Assembly (NCBI GenBank): GCA_001938485.1
Contig: MQRK01227676.1
Coordinates: 46,765 to 104,001, forward strand
Source of the DNA: Girardia tigrina
Taxonomy: Eukaryota
Direction: 5' to 3'
DNA length: 57,237 nt
Shown: piece by piece, positions 1 through 13,500 of the stretch
How the letters are laid out: each line of letters starts with the position of its first letter
Numbering within the stretch: the stretch's first letter is position 1
Program-made: the position numbers and the translations under genes
Notes under the pieces: generated by a model
Told to the model about the DNA's origin: nothing
What the model saw: the letters and a program-made list of their open reading frames with translations, nothing else
Database searches by the model: none

Positions 1-8
1 GATAAATA

Positions 9-61
<53 letters not shown>

Positions 62-1031
62 GCTATTAAAAATTTTATAATTAATGAATCGTAATAAAAT
101 AATAAAAAAATTTTAAATATTGTGAATTATTTTTTGTATTTAAATTGTATAAATACTTAAGGACTTTTAATTAAAAAATCGAGCTAAAACATTAAAATAA
201 GTTTAAAAAGATATCTTTTGAAAAGTTAATTAGACATGTTAAAGAAATGAAACGAATAACTAGTTAAAATAATTTTAGGTAATAAAATATTTTTAAATCG
301 AAATATTGATAATAAATAAAACGTTAAACTATTTTTTGTTAATTTAGTTAAAATAAATTTTGTTGATTTTATATTTTATTTCAAATTAAATTTTATCAAA
401 TAGTAGAATCTATAAAATTAATGAAAAAAATTTCAATTTTTAAAATATCGTTCTTAATAAATAGCTTATCAGTATTTATAATCCCATATTTTTATGTATA
501 AGAAATCTGGTCAAAAGAAAACGAAAGAAAAGTTCCTCGACGAAAAATTTGTTTAAACAATTGTTATTTGTGTTATAAATAAATTTTGGTGTTAATGAAT
601 TATAATCTTGATCAAGAACCCAACAATCTTAAAATTTATCTAATCAAGGGGGTTTTTTATAGTTAATTGCCTTCACAGTAAATTTTGGCTGCATTTATCA
701 TTTGTGAAAGTTTGCCGAATTTATTCGTTTATAAATCGAATTTGGTGATATATGCCAAAAATAGAAGCCAGAGTAAACATGTTTAAGAGATACATGTAAT
801 GTTCAGTTTCTGGCATCATTAATAATAAAAATCATTTGTTAAATATTTCCAAACAACAGAATTTGTAAACAACATAGTGATACAAATATGAATTTTTCAA
901 TTAAATAACCCAATCTATTTAAAGGTTCATTGGTATGAAATAGGATAAACAATAATTTTTAAACAATCTTAAATTTAGAAAATAATATTAAATATTTAAG
1001 AATTTATAAAATAATCAACATTTAATAATAC

Positions 1032-1376
1032 TTTATTATATCCCATTTGTGACTGCATTTGCCCAATTTGGAGCTGATTAATCTTAGATAATCCTTGATT
1101 ATGAATATCAGTATTTATATTCATTTGTTGCTGTTGTTGTTGAGGCTGTTGTTGGTGCTGCTGCTGCTGTTGTTGCTGCTGCTGCTGCTGTTGAATAAAT
1201 GTAAACTGATTATGTTTCTGAGACATTGGTGGAGATTGAAGAGGGTGTGTAATGAGACCCTGCTGATATGGCGAAGGGACCTGATGTATTGAGCTCGGGG
1301 ACTGTTGCTGTACATATTTAATTGGACTACTCATTTGCAGTGTTGTGTTTGCAGTTGTTGTCGGTGTTGCCTTTTT
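1032..1376 (-). CDS. PolyQ exon (last visible exon)
   Basis: TAG acceptor in phase 0; CAG/CAA tract at about 1126-1193; probable donor AAA|GTATTA. Confidence 0.8.
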
Positions 1377-4300
1377 CTAAAATTTTAATAACATAAATCC
1401 ACTGTTACAACTACACTTGTCAGTTGTAAAGTATTGTGTATTTGAACCCTCCTGATTCTGAAATATTATTGAGAAAAAAAGAACTGCTTTATTTTTTATC
1501 TTTTATTTTACTTTTATTAGTTCATTACTAACAGAAATATAACATTTTATGAACGTTCAGAACGATCATTCAGAACATTGACTAATCAAATTAACTCATT
1601 ATCATTGATTGAATTGTTAAAATGAAAGGATTTCTATGGTAATATCGTAATATTTTCAGTTTAAAATCAATATCTAATTGCTAATTTTCCAATTAATTAT
1701 TCTCACAGGGTTAGGTAAAATGTGACACATTGAAATGTTTGAAGGAAACATTTAGGCAACTACAATCAGTGGTGTAGTAACTGTTATTGGCGCCCGGGGT
1801 GGTCCTAAGATTTGCCGCCCCAAACCCTAACCCTTACCTTTGGTAACAAATATGAAGTGGCGATATTCTTATTTATTCCAAGCTTAACCTTTACCAAATG
1901 TTCACGTAGCACAAGGTCATACTTGGCAAACATATGAACCAATTCCAAAAAATGTTTCTATTTTTCTGGTTTCAGTCTTCGTGGATGTCTTTCCGGTGCC
2001 CGCTTAGTGCCAGTAATCTAGTCAGAATTTCTCGAACATTTCTTAGTCTCTTTCTCAATTACTTCTTCATCTACGTTGATTAATCCAGTCCCTTGGCAGT
2101 TTTCATTAAATTAAACATCATTGCAACATTATGTTATGGCCAGCATTTCTGTTTAGATTTTTCTTCGTTTTATTTATGTGTAATATTTTTTTCCATTCAC
2201 AAATGCCGCCCGGAACGGACGACCCCCGCCCCATCATGCTACGCCACTGACTACAATCACTCAACACATCATGTCCACAAAACAACTGTGTATTGGTAAC
2301 AAAAAATAATGATTCTAAGTGGGTCTGCGAAAGGTCTGTAGTTTAAGGTGACAAAATTTGCAAGCCGTCTAACATCTAAAACAAATTAACTTGCACATAG
2401 AAAGAATAATTTTTATAATACAGAATATTTTTTCACAAATCATAACACCTTTGAATATAAACCAATGCCACAATCTATAAATCCATTAGAATGACGAATC
2501 TTTACAAAAATTATGTTAAAATAAATATTTTAATACTTCTTTTATAGTTTAAGAATAACTATATCATTAACATTTTAAACTATTTAAAAGAAATAAAAAT
2601 ATTAAGCTAAAAAATATTAAAATTAATATTAAATTAAAATTAATTAGATTATTAAACCTTTTTCGACGTATTGGAAGACCCTGTTGCAGAAACAGCAGAT
2701 TTCTTGCTTGATTTATTCAATCGTGATTTGTTCTTAATAAATATCATAAATGTTGGCGAGTACTAGAGATATGCAATGATTCTTACAACCCATTCTTGTC
2801 GCTCTTCACTTTTCAATTTGCGCCAAAGTTTTTGAATTTCCCGGAATCGAGTCTCACTGTCCGGATATTGACTACGAAGATTTTGATGGGTACTATTTGC
2901 AAAAAGAACAGGCGCTATAGTTGACTTTTCACCAAGTTGTTCGTCCTCTTGCCATTTTAATTGGTTTATTCGTTTATTTGATTGTGGAGCATTTGGAGTA
3001 CTGGGGGTCGGAGTGGTACCTTCGACATTAAATGAACCAGCTTCCAAATTCTCGTGACTGGAAGAAAGTGAAATATTTTTCGGTCGAGCTGCTTGAGGAT
3101 TTTGATCAGGAGAAAAAATGCTTTCTTTACTAGATTTATCCCCAGTATCGACAGACCCGACTTGAATCATAATGGATGCATTTGTCTTATTGAATGGGGA
3201 ATTATCTACAAGTTTATATATTACAATAAAAACAAATTATGACAATAAACAAACTAAAAAAACAATATATTATTAAAAAATTGATAGTTAAATGTCGGTG
3301 CGAAAGGTTTAATTTACTTATTATTAGACTCTAATATATAATTTTATCAACGAAAAGAATATTTCAAAAATCATTGAGTGAATAGAATACATAATATAAT
3401 TGCTTGATGTAAAAAGTTCACCCATTAATTAAAATCACTATTTTTATAACATTAGTTAATTAGTAATTGGTTAAATTATAGTTTAGAAAACATAAAGTAC
3501 CTAAAACTGTATTGGATTAATAGTGTGAGTATATATGCGAGCACAAATATTTTAGTTAAGTATATTTCTCCACGTTGATTCCAGGATAATGGTTTGAAAT
3601 AAAAATTAACAAATAACTATAATTTATGTCTTTATGTATAACACTTCTTTATACAGGGTATTTTCCAATATTAAAAATTTGAACTTCCAATTATATTTGA
3701 TAATGAAAAAATAGAAATAAAGAACACACTAAAAACGACTGACAGAAATTCTTGAAAATAAAGCCCATCCAATCTAAGAAATTCTGAGATAGTTTCAACA
3801 TGTTTTGGAAAACCTACTCAATCGAATTGCGTAACATTGTTACATATTTGTTGTGGTACATTTTGAATCGTTTTCCAAAATTATACATTTCACAAAAGAT
3901 ATGTAAAATTTGTATATGTTTTACAAATTAAATTAGTGGTGTAAGATAAAGACCTCTAGAAGGACACTTTGGGTAAAATATTATGCGATCATTTAAAATT
4001 TCAATATTTGTAGCATAGTCTTCAATAAAGTAAGACAAGTAGCTCCATCCATTCAAAGATATCCAAAATTATTTTTCACAGAAGTCAAATATTGCACAAA
4101 TTCTTCAAATAATTTAATGAACCCCAGGGAATTTGAGGTCTCCAGAAAAAATGAATTAACCTATAATTTTAAGTTGAAAAAAGGCATGATATCCCAAATC
4201 CTTTTTCCATATATGGGGTTTTTAGTGAAGTGATATGGGTTTTTCTAGTACCAAAATACTGTTCTGATTGTTATGGGCTTTATTTATGAGTGTTTTTTAT

Positions 4301-7300
4301 TGCTAACCTTTTCTCAAGCACTATATAAAAAGCTCCACATATCATTCTAACAATAATTCTTAAATTGAGTGCGTTAAGAATGTCAACTTCATTTGTTAAA
4401 ACGTTTATTTTCATTAAAATTATCGACTTCGAATTCATTGTACATTTTAAATCTAATGTTAAATAAAAATATTTATGTAATTCATTATCAAAATTTATTA
4501 AATTAATTTATTTTTTCAATAATCATAACTAAATTGTGTTAGTTTAAACTTCTGCATTTTCGTTTTAAATTCTATTTCATATTTTTTATATCTATCAAGT
4601 TTAAATAACTTTTAAATATTTGAATTCAAGCAAATTTTCATCTGTTTTGTGAGTCTCCATCGACAATTCTTATTTATTAAAATTATTTACAAAATGCACA
4701 GAACTTTAAAACGTTGATAATTTATGTTTTCTTACAATATGAGATCTTTGGAGACTAAAATTAACGTCAAAGTTGAACTATAAAACTTGAAATGGGGTGT
4801 TTGAATGGTATAATTATTATATAATCACTAGCAGCAAGTTACTTTTTTATAAAAATATTTTTTCTTATAATGACGGTTAAACCGTTGAAATTTTAATTGA
4901 AACACAAAATTTTTATTTGATAACAATGTGTAATAATTTTTTCCCGCAAAACAATTTCTATGTTCCTTACACAATTGCACACCATCTAATTATTTGCCGC
5001 TATTGAATATTTTCTTTATTTTCTGTTTTAGATTAATACGCAATAGACTTCCCTTCTGTTTAAACGTATCAACAAGTATTATTAAGTATTTTCAATTACC
5101 TACCATGACGAGCACGCGAGCTTGTAAAATCTCCCACAACTCCTTTTGCTATATATGCGGGTATTATATAGCTCCAAAACAACGAAAATATGCATTTTCA
5201 ACTGGTAGTAAATTATGCACTGCTTATGAGGCTTACTTTGGTGTTCATGTCACTGATTAAGACAAATCATGGGCGCCACATTTCAGTTGTGATACTTGCC
5301 GGTCAAATTTAGGAAAATGGCTAAATGATAATCTCAGTAGCATGCCTTTTGGAATGCCTCGGATATGGAGAGAGCCAACAAATCGATTGCTATTACTGTA
5401 TGGTAGACATTTCCAAATTTAAAAATCCCAGAGATCGAAAAAGTCTTATTTATCCCAACATCCCATCATCTTTAGCCCCTGTGCTTCACTCTAAAGAATT
5501 ACCAGTACCTTAACCACCACCTCTAAAAGCCATCTCTGACGATGAGTTTTCTCATAAAGAAGATAGTGACGCTGACGTAGATTTTGTTGTAAAAAGTCCA
5601 AAGAATGTCCCGCACTTTCCTAATCAACAGGACCTTGATGACTTAATAAGAGACCTAGGACTTACGAAATCAAATGCTGAACTACTTACATCTTGTTTGA
5701 AAGAGTGGAATTTGCTGGATTCAACCTGCAAATCATCAATTTATCGAAAACGACATGAACGTTCCTCGAAGTTTTATACGTTGAAAGACTCGTTGTGCTA
5801 CTGCTCAGACGTGACTGGGCTTTTTCAAAAAATTGGTTATAAACATCACACAAGTCACTGACTGCTATTTATCGACAGATCAAATAGAAGCCTAAAGGCT
5901 GTTTTACTCCATAACGGCAATATTTTCCCTTCTATCCCAATAGCCCATTCCGTCCACCTCAAAGAAGAGTACGGAAATGTAAAAATCTTATTACAAATGA
6001 TTGATTATGACAAATATAAGTGGGAGGTCTGCGGAGACTTTAAGATGATTGGATTTTTTCTTGGATTACAAGGTGGATAAACAAAATATTCCTGCTTTCT
6101 TTGTCTCTGGGACAGTCGGGCTACAGATCAACACTATGCTACAAAAGATTGGCTCCTTAGAGATGCATTTCTTCCTGGAAAGTACAATGTCATACACCCT
6201 CCTTTAGTCGGAAAAGAAAAGATCTTGCTGCCGCCATTACATATAAAGCTTGGACTGCGAAACAATTTGTAAAAGCTTTAAATCCCAGAGGACGGGCTTT
6301 CAAATATATAAGCAAAATGTTTCCCAAGTTATCTGAAGCTAAAGTTCAAGCTGGTGTATTCACGGGCCCTATAATTAGACTTATGTTGGAGTCAGGACTT
6401 GGAAAATAAGATGACTCCTAAAGAAAGGAATGTCTGGAGAGCCTTTAGGAAAGTTGTAGAAGGATTCTTGAGAAATAAGAAGAGTGACGAGTGCCAACTA
6501 CTGATCAGTGATTTGCTCAAACACTTCGAAAAACTGGGCTGCAAAATTTCGGTGAAACTTCATTATTTGCATTTGCATCTACATTGGTTTCGGGAAAACC
6601 TTAGTGAATTTAGCGAGGAACAGGGGGAAAGCTTCCACCAGGATATGCAAACAATGGAGAAAAGGTACCAAGGAGCTTGGGATACAGCAATGATGGGAGA
6701 TCACCTTTGGTTTTTGATTAGAGACGGTATCACACAACATAAAAGACAGTCTCGTTCAAACCTTCACTTTTGATTGTTCAAAAATGACTTTACAATCCAC
6801 TGTTATGCTATTCTTGTCAGTTTGAGCTTCTTTGCTATTAATATTTTGAACTATAACTTCTTGTGGAACATTTTCTGGTCATTACAACAAATCTGAAACG
6901 AAAAAAATTAGAAAATGAGGGCTTTTTTGCTAAATTCTTTTTTTTTAATTCCTAAGTTAATTCGAAGACGGAAGAAGAAAACCGATAACAAATTCAAAAC
7001 CAGCGTGTTGAAAAGTATCAAAAAATTCTGAAAACCGTTTGCGGGAGAAACTTTCGAAAAATATTGTTACACTGTAATTTGTGTATTCGTAAAAAAGGTT
7101 TACCATTCGATTTGATGTAGATCTTTTGTGTACGATCTATGTAGAATACGAATAAAATTTTACTCTATTCTATTAACCCATTAAGAACCCTAGGTCCCAA
7201 ATGGGGATCAATCAATTTTTATTAATTTTTCTGATTTTGCATATGAGTTTACAGGAAATTTAGTCATTATCTACTGGTAAGCATGTCACCCTATTGCCTC

Positions 7301-10300
7301 ACGTCTCATCTTTCAACTCCGAAAATTAGATGAGGTATTGAGTAATTAGTTTCAAAAAGTTTCAGATGACATAGTTGGAAAGAAAAAAAATCTGGAACTT
7401 AATGGGTTAACCCGGTGTGAGCACAATAGAAATATATAACAACTATATTATGGTTGGTTCTAGGTGACTCGTAAAATATCCCCATAATTTCAATATTGAA
7501 TAGAAATTTAATCACAGAGTGATAATTATATAATATTATTAATAAAAAAAATTTTTTATAAAAACAACCACGTTTTTCAAGCATTACCAATGCACTAAAA
7601 AGAGGAAAATAATTTTTTTCTAGACATGTGAGAAATTTTATACCTAACCAAAAACGTGGGGCGGATTTCTGAATCACTGCTATTAGTAACTGCTATTTCC
7701 TCTTTACTGCTTTTTAGTAACAATCGATCATTTCTATGCCCCACGTTTTTAGTTAGGTATAAAAATTCGCACATGTCTAGAAAAATAAATATTTTCCTCT
7801 TTTTAGTGCATTGGTAATGCTTGAAAAACGTCGTTGTTTTTATAAAAAAAATTTTTTATTAATAATATTATTTAACTATTTTTAGTTATCATTTAGGAAT
7901 TCAAATCTTTCGATTGATTTCGAATAACAGAAATGATAATAAAACCAAAATAACAAAGTTTTATTTTAATAAAANNNNNNNNNNNNNNNNNNNNNNNNNN
8001 NNNNNNNGTATTAATTAATATTATTGATTTTTTTCATAAAGTTAAAATTTTCATAAAGTTAAATTATAGCATATGCGGTTTATGTAGAGCAGTAAATGTT
8101 TTAAAATATTGTATTGTCATCGGAAGCAAGCCAGTATAAAAAAATTCAGCTCAATTGGATGACTGAAATTGGTCGAAAAATCAATCGCAAAATTTGTTCC
8201 AGACAAGAAAGCAAGCTAATAAAAACGTGGTAATAAAATGGGTATAGCTACATCACACAAAAGTCTTAAGAAATACTCTCATTTCAAAATGGTGCAGGTC
8301 AAATAGACCTAACTATGCAAACACCGAATTAAAGGTATAATTCCTACTTATTGAAAGACATTAATTTTAGATCCAATCGATTTTCTAAATAATTTATCAA
8401 TTTCCTGTAGATTCAAAACCAAAACTATCTTACTAAAAAATCAGAATTCGCAATCAGTTCTTATTTATACATTTTTTTCAAACATTAAATGAATTTATAT
8501 AATGTATTTTTTCAGACTAAGAAATATTCAGTACACATTAAGAAATATGGACAAATATAAAAACGCTAACTTGGATTGAACGATTGGTGTTGTTGCAAAA
8601 CATTTTGAATGGATATAGGATAATTTCGCTGTGGACTCTGATGAACACCTGGCTGAGGACTTTGTTGGGCGGATTTATATAGATTGGGACCGATCGAAGA
8701 TGAATCGACAATGGATTTATCCTGATAGGCGTGGTAATAATAATCATTAGAATTAGTATTATCACAAAAATTAACTTGTTCACTGATTTGCTGTGGAAAA
8801 TTTTGGGTTGGCATCCAAACCTTTTGTTTTGTATCTTTCCCGGATTTAGTCAAATTATCAGATGGGATGGTGCTAGAATTATTTGGATATGGTGGAGGTG
8901 GAGGAGCTTGATTACACTGTTGAGAAGACTCGTGTAATCGGCTAACAATCATATGAGTCTGTTGCTGATTAGATGTCAGCGGTGTAGTTGCAACATTTTC
9001 TGACTGTTGAGGCTTGTGTTGATTGTTATCTATTGTAACAATTCCCATATTGTCATTCAAAAGGATCTGTCCATTTATGTCCTGAACTAAACCAGCACCT
9101 TGTTCAATGTTGATCTGGCGAGCGTTTGACTTTTGGAGATTATTAGAACACATAATAAAGTGTTGTGCTGATTGAGGAAACTGGATTTTTTGTTGAAGAA
9201 TCGATTGGTTATCTATATCAAGTTTAAGATAACATGGAAATCTTGTACGTTCAAAAAACATAATCAATAAAAATGTATTAAGACAGAAAATGAAAAAAGA
9301 TTAAATCATTGGTACTTTAAAACGATTTTAATATTATATTTAATGGAATATAATAATAATGTCATAACATAATTGATCTCTAATTATTTTGCAACTTATT
9401 ATTCTCATAATATAACTATCACAAAAATTATTCCAAAAGATTAAAGTTGCAATTATATTACAAAAATATAAAGCAGGACTGCGGTGAAGTCAACAATTCA
9501 TGGACTTGTCCGCGTACAAAAGAAGTTGAGACAGAATCAGAGATGATCAAACTGATGTAATTTAGCCTATAAAACATGAACCAAATTTAATCGATAAATA
9601 AAACATAGAATAAACACATTTCTATACATCTTGTATAATAGAAAATGAGACAAAAACCCATTTAAAAATTAAATAATATTTTGCTGTTATATTTTATATA
9701 ATTTTCTTTTAGATTTTTTAATATAAAATTTGTAAAAAATAAAATGTAACCTTATTGAATTATACCTTCAACATCAACTCTTTCCAGAAAAATAAGCAAC
9801 AGGTACAATCAAGCATTGAGGAAAAGAGACCATCCTCATTAGAAAGTTTGATTTTTTACATTGTTGAACATTGTTCGCTCTTGAAATTTTCCAGGTTAGT
9901 GAAAAGCTTCCTGACACCTAATGCGCCAAATATATAAGTTTCAAGTCTTATAGAATCATTGATCGTAATGATGCAAATATTGTTGTAGTAACTGAAACCC
10001 TCGAAAATTTAAATATCTCGAGAGACTACAAAATCAATCGTGAGTGTGTATTTACTACATTATGATGGCTTATCGCTAAGAATCTTCTGTACAAAGACGT
10101 TACGATCAATGATTCTATAAGACTTGAAACTTATATATTTGACGCATTTATATGAAGTTGTACCATTGTGATTGAAATTCATAACCTATGAAGAGATTAT
10201 GAATAAACGAACTATAATGTTAGACAAATCATAACTTTTTAATGCACCCACGTTTATAGTTGTAAAATTTTAAGGTATATACATATGAAAATTTCGTATG

Positions 10301-10428
10301 GTCTTGATTAGAATACTGAATATTAGAATTAAATCTGAAAATTCAAATCAAAAGTCTGTGTAACCCAAGATAAAAGTCATTTTCTACTTTTTAGTCTATG
10401 GTAAAAACGTAGTTTTTAGAAAAGTTTA

Positions 10429-10512
<84 letters not shown>

Positions 10513-13500
10513 TACAGTGTCACTATGTGAAAAACACTGTTTTATACATTAATTCAACGCGGCGACAAGATAATTAAATCTCCAGAATTCATAATTTCAA
10601 CTAACTTTATTTCAACTTTCTAAATGAATGGATTACCTTCTGGATTTCAGAAAAATAGGTTTATTTTCTGTTGCAATTTTATGAACCACAATATCCGTAA
10701 ATCCCAAATCGTATTCATGTTTAACGAGGTCTTCCAGTGACTGGAATCCAGTCGTTTGTTTTGCTCTTGCAGCTTCATATCTTTCTCCACCATCATAATT
10801 GACTTCTTGATAGTTTTTTCAAGTTTGATTCCAAATTTATGCATCACCTTAACACCTCAAATGACTGCCGGTCGGATTGCTTTTACCGCTAAAAAATCTA
10901 CCATGTACACTTTTCTTTCAATTTCAACCTAACTGTCATTTTTCCAAAACACTTATGGCCTTCTGAAAACGCTCCATTTAGTATAACTGAACTTAGTGTG
11001 TAATTAAAATTAAAGAGAATGGTTGGTTGAAGTGTACGTGCTTGTGTGTCTTTGGAAATAAAACGTGTAAAAAGTGTTCAATGTTATGTTTCGTCATTAT
11101 AAAAAGATTTTTTATATTCTGTATCAATTCGTCAACTAATCAAAATAAAAAAAATAATAAAAATGATTAAATCTCCTTACAATTCGTTGATAAATAATAA
11201 TCCAGTAAATGAAATTGTTTCGAATTATCCGATTAATTCAAATAGACTTTTTAAAGTGCATTGGCTGAATAGTGCTCACTTAGAAACTCTGTTCTCTGGT
11301 TCTAAATTTAATGTGGAGGCACGGTTTACTTTCCCGCTGCACTAGCTGACATACGGATGTTTTTGAAGCTCCAAAATCCTTTAATATTTCGCATAAGATT
11401 TTCCATTTTGTACGGCACTCCAGATGATTTTCTTGACTGGCGATGCAATGTTTTTACCTTTGTCCATGATTTAATGTACGGCTATTGATTATTTGATAAC
11501 CTTTTAAATTACTTGAACAAAAATTATTGCAAAATATTAAATTTTACGATAAAAAACGTATAAACATATGAGCTGTCCTTATCATTTTGAGTGGCACTAA
11601 AAAACGCTTTTTGTTTCGATTTTTGAAAATATAGGTAAAGTTGTATAAAAACCATTCATGAATTTGGAAATAAAGATAAAAAATGAACAAATAATATATA
11701 AATTGTTAATATTATTAAGTCTTTTAAGCAATATTTTTTTAAAAAACTTGAAAAAAAACGATATCCTTATCATTTTGAGCGCTACTGCATTAATATATAA
11801 TCATAAATCATTAATAAATCATAGCAAATATTTGTAAATAAACCGTAATTTCTGATGGGCGAAGAAAAATTCGGTTGTTGATTTGGTCCGACTGTTGATG
11901 GTATATTCCCAACTGGTTGCAATTGGATAGAAACCTCGCCTGGTCTGCGTCCGATTGGAGTTTGATGAAATAATTGTCGACGAATATTCGAATTCATTAT
12001 TTGAGAATTGGCGAAGAAATTGCCGCCACCGATGTCAATGAGAGCATTGGGATCATTGTTAATGTGAACACTAATCGGAGTTTTACTGGGCTGAAGTGTC
12101 GGAGACGTCATCTGAGAAGTGAGTTGGGCTGAATTGTGTATTGGACGCATCACAACATCAGAGGGTCTCATGGTTGGATTACTCATGTCAGGGGATTGAT
12201 TGACTGTGATAACTGAACCTACATTTATTCAATAAGAATCAGTAGAGAATCACCAAACAAAAACCTGAGGAGGACGACAACAAATAACTGGAATCGACAC
12301 TAGAGTTGGAGCTGATTTGAATATTGCTACTGGTATCACGATTATTGGTATTCCGTCTGGAACTATTAATTGTCAATTCATTATTGTTGTCGAGACTGGA
12401 TGGACCGAGATGTGTTTCGATATCATTAACCGTTAACTCTGGTAATTGAGTCAGAACACCTTCATCAGATATATGCTTCGATAACTCTAGAGAATTGGAA
12501 TTGATCTCAGCAGAGCCATTGATCTGTCACAAGAAAAGCCAAATGTTTAAATTATCGATGATTAAGGATCATGATTTATACTTCTGAATCTGCATTTGTC
12601 GGATCAGCGTTAACTTCTTCTCCCATCTCCAAATCGGGAAACGAAAGCAAATAATCGTCTAATAGGTAATCATCTTCATCAAATGTTGAATTATGGAAAG
12701 ACGTAGATGCTGGATTGTTAGTTGATTGAGAAAACATATCGTTATTGATTGTCGTATGAACACTTTCTTCCACTTTCTTTACTCCCTGTTTACCGACCGT
12801 TGTCGGTAATTGAGCTGCTTGAATATTCATCTGGTGACCAAATCTGTTGTTTAACTCTGTTGGATGACATCCTGGTTATAACATAATAAAGATAACCAGA
12901 CAATAGAATAAGTTCCATACCATGAGAGATATTTGATATATTCGGTGATACTGACATATTAGAAATTACATTAGCTGCCGGTTCCACAATTTTAGAATCA
13001 TCAAAATCAGTTTTCGTATAAGATATTGGAACCTCTAATAGCATAAAGTTGGAAGCTTCCTGTGCTGCATTAAAATTTTCTGACTCATTATCGAGTTCAA
13101 ATCCATTATTATTATCCGTTCCATCATCACCATCTAATTAACAATACAAAATTTAATCTATTAACCATGCATCGATTCCAAGATTTATGTTTCAAACAAT
13201 ATCAAAAATAATTGCCTTCATTCAAGTTCTGATTAGATCCAGTACTGCTGAATGACCGAGTATCAAGCTGACAACCCCCAGGAATTCTGTTTGGTGATAG
13301 TTTCACATGTACTAATTTCTTGTTTGTCTGAAAGCAAATCGTTGACATCTCACCGAATGATCCAAACAAACCTCTGTCGAATTTGATAATAAACTATTCC
13401 CCAGAAATGCTTGCATCAAATAGTCCGGATAATTTTCATCTATTTCTGATTTCTTTTTCATTTGCCTACGACGACCTTGTTTAGTCGTGAAATTTTCTAT

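Noticed and set aside
1095-1292. Poly-Leu and poly-Ser ORFs
   Set aside because: Antisense or alternative frames of the polyQ exon.
3650-4325. Weak inverted motifs (AATAAAGCCCAT / ATGGGCTTTATT)
   Set aside because: Too degenerate to define ends; probably an old MITE.
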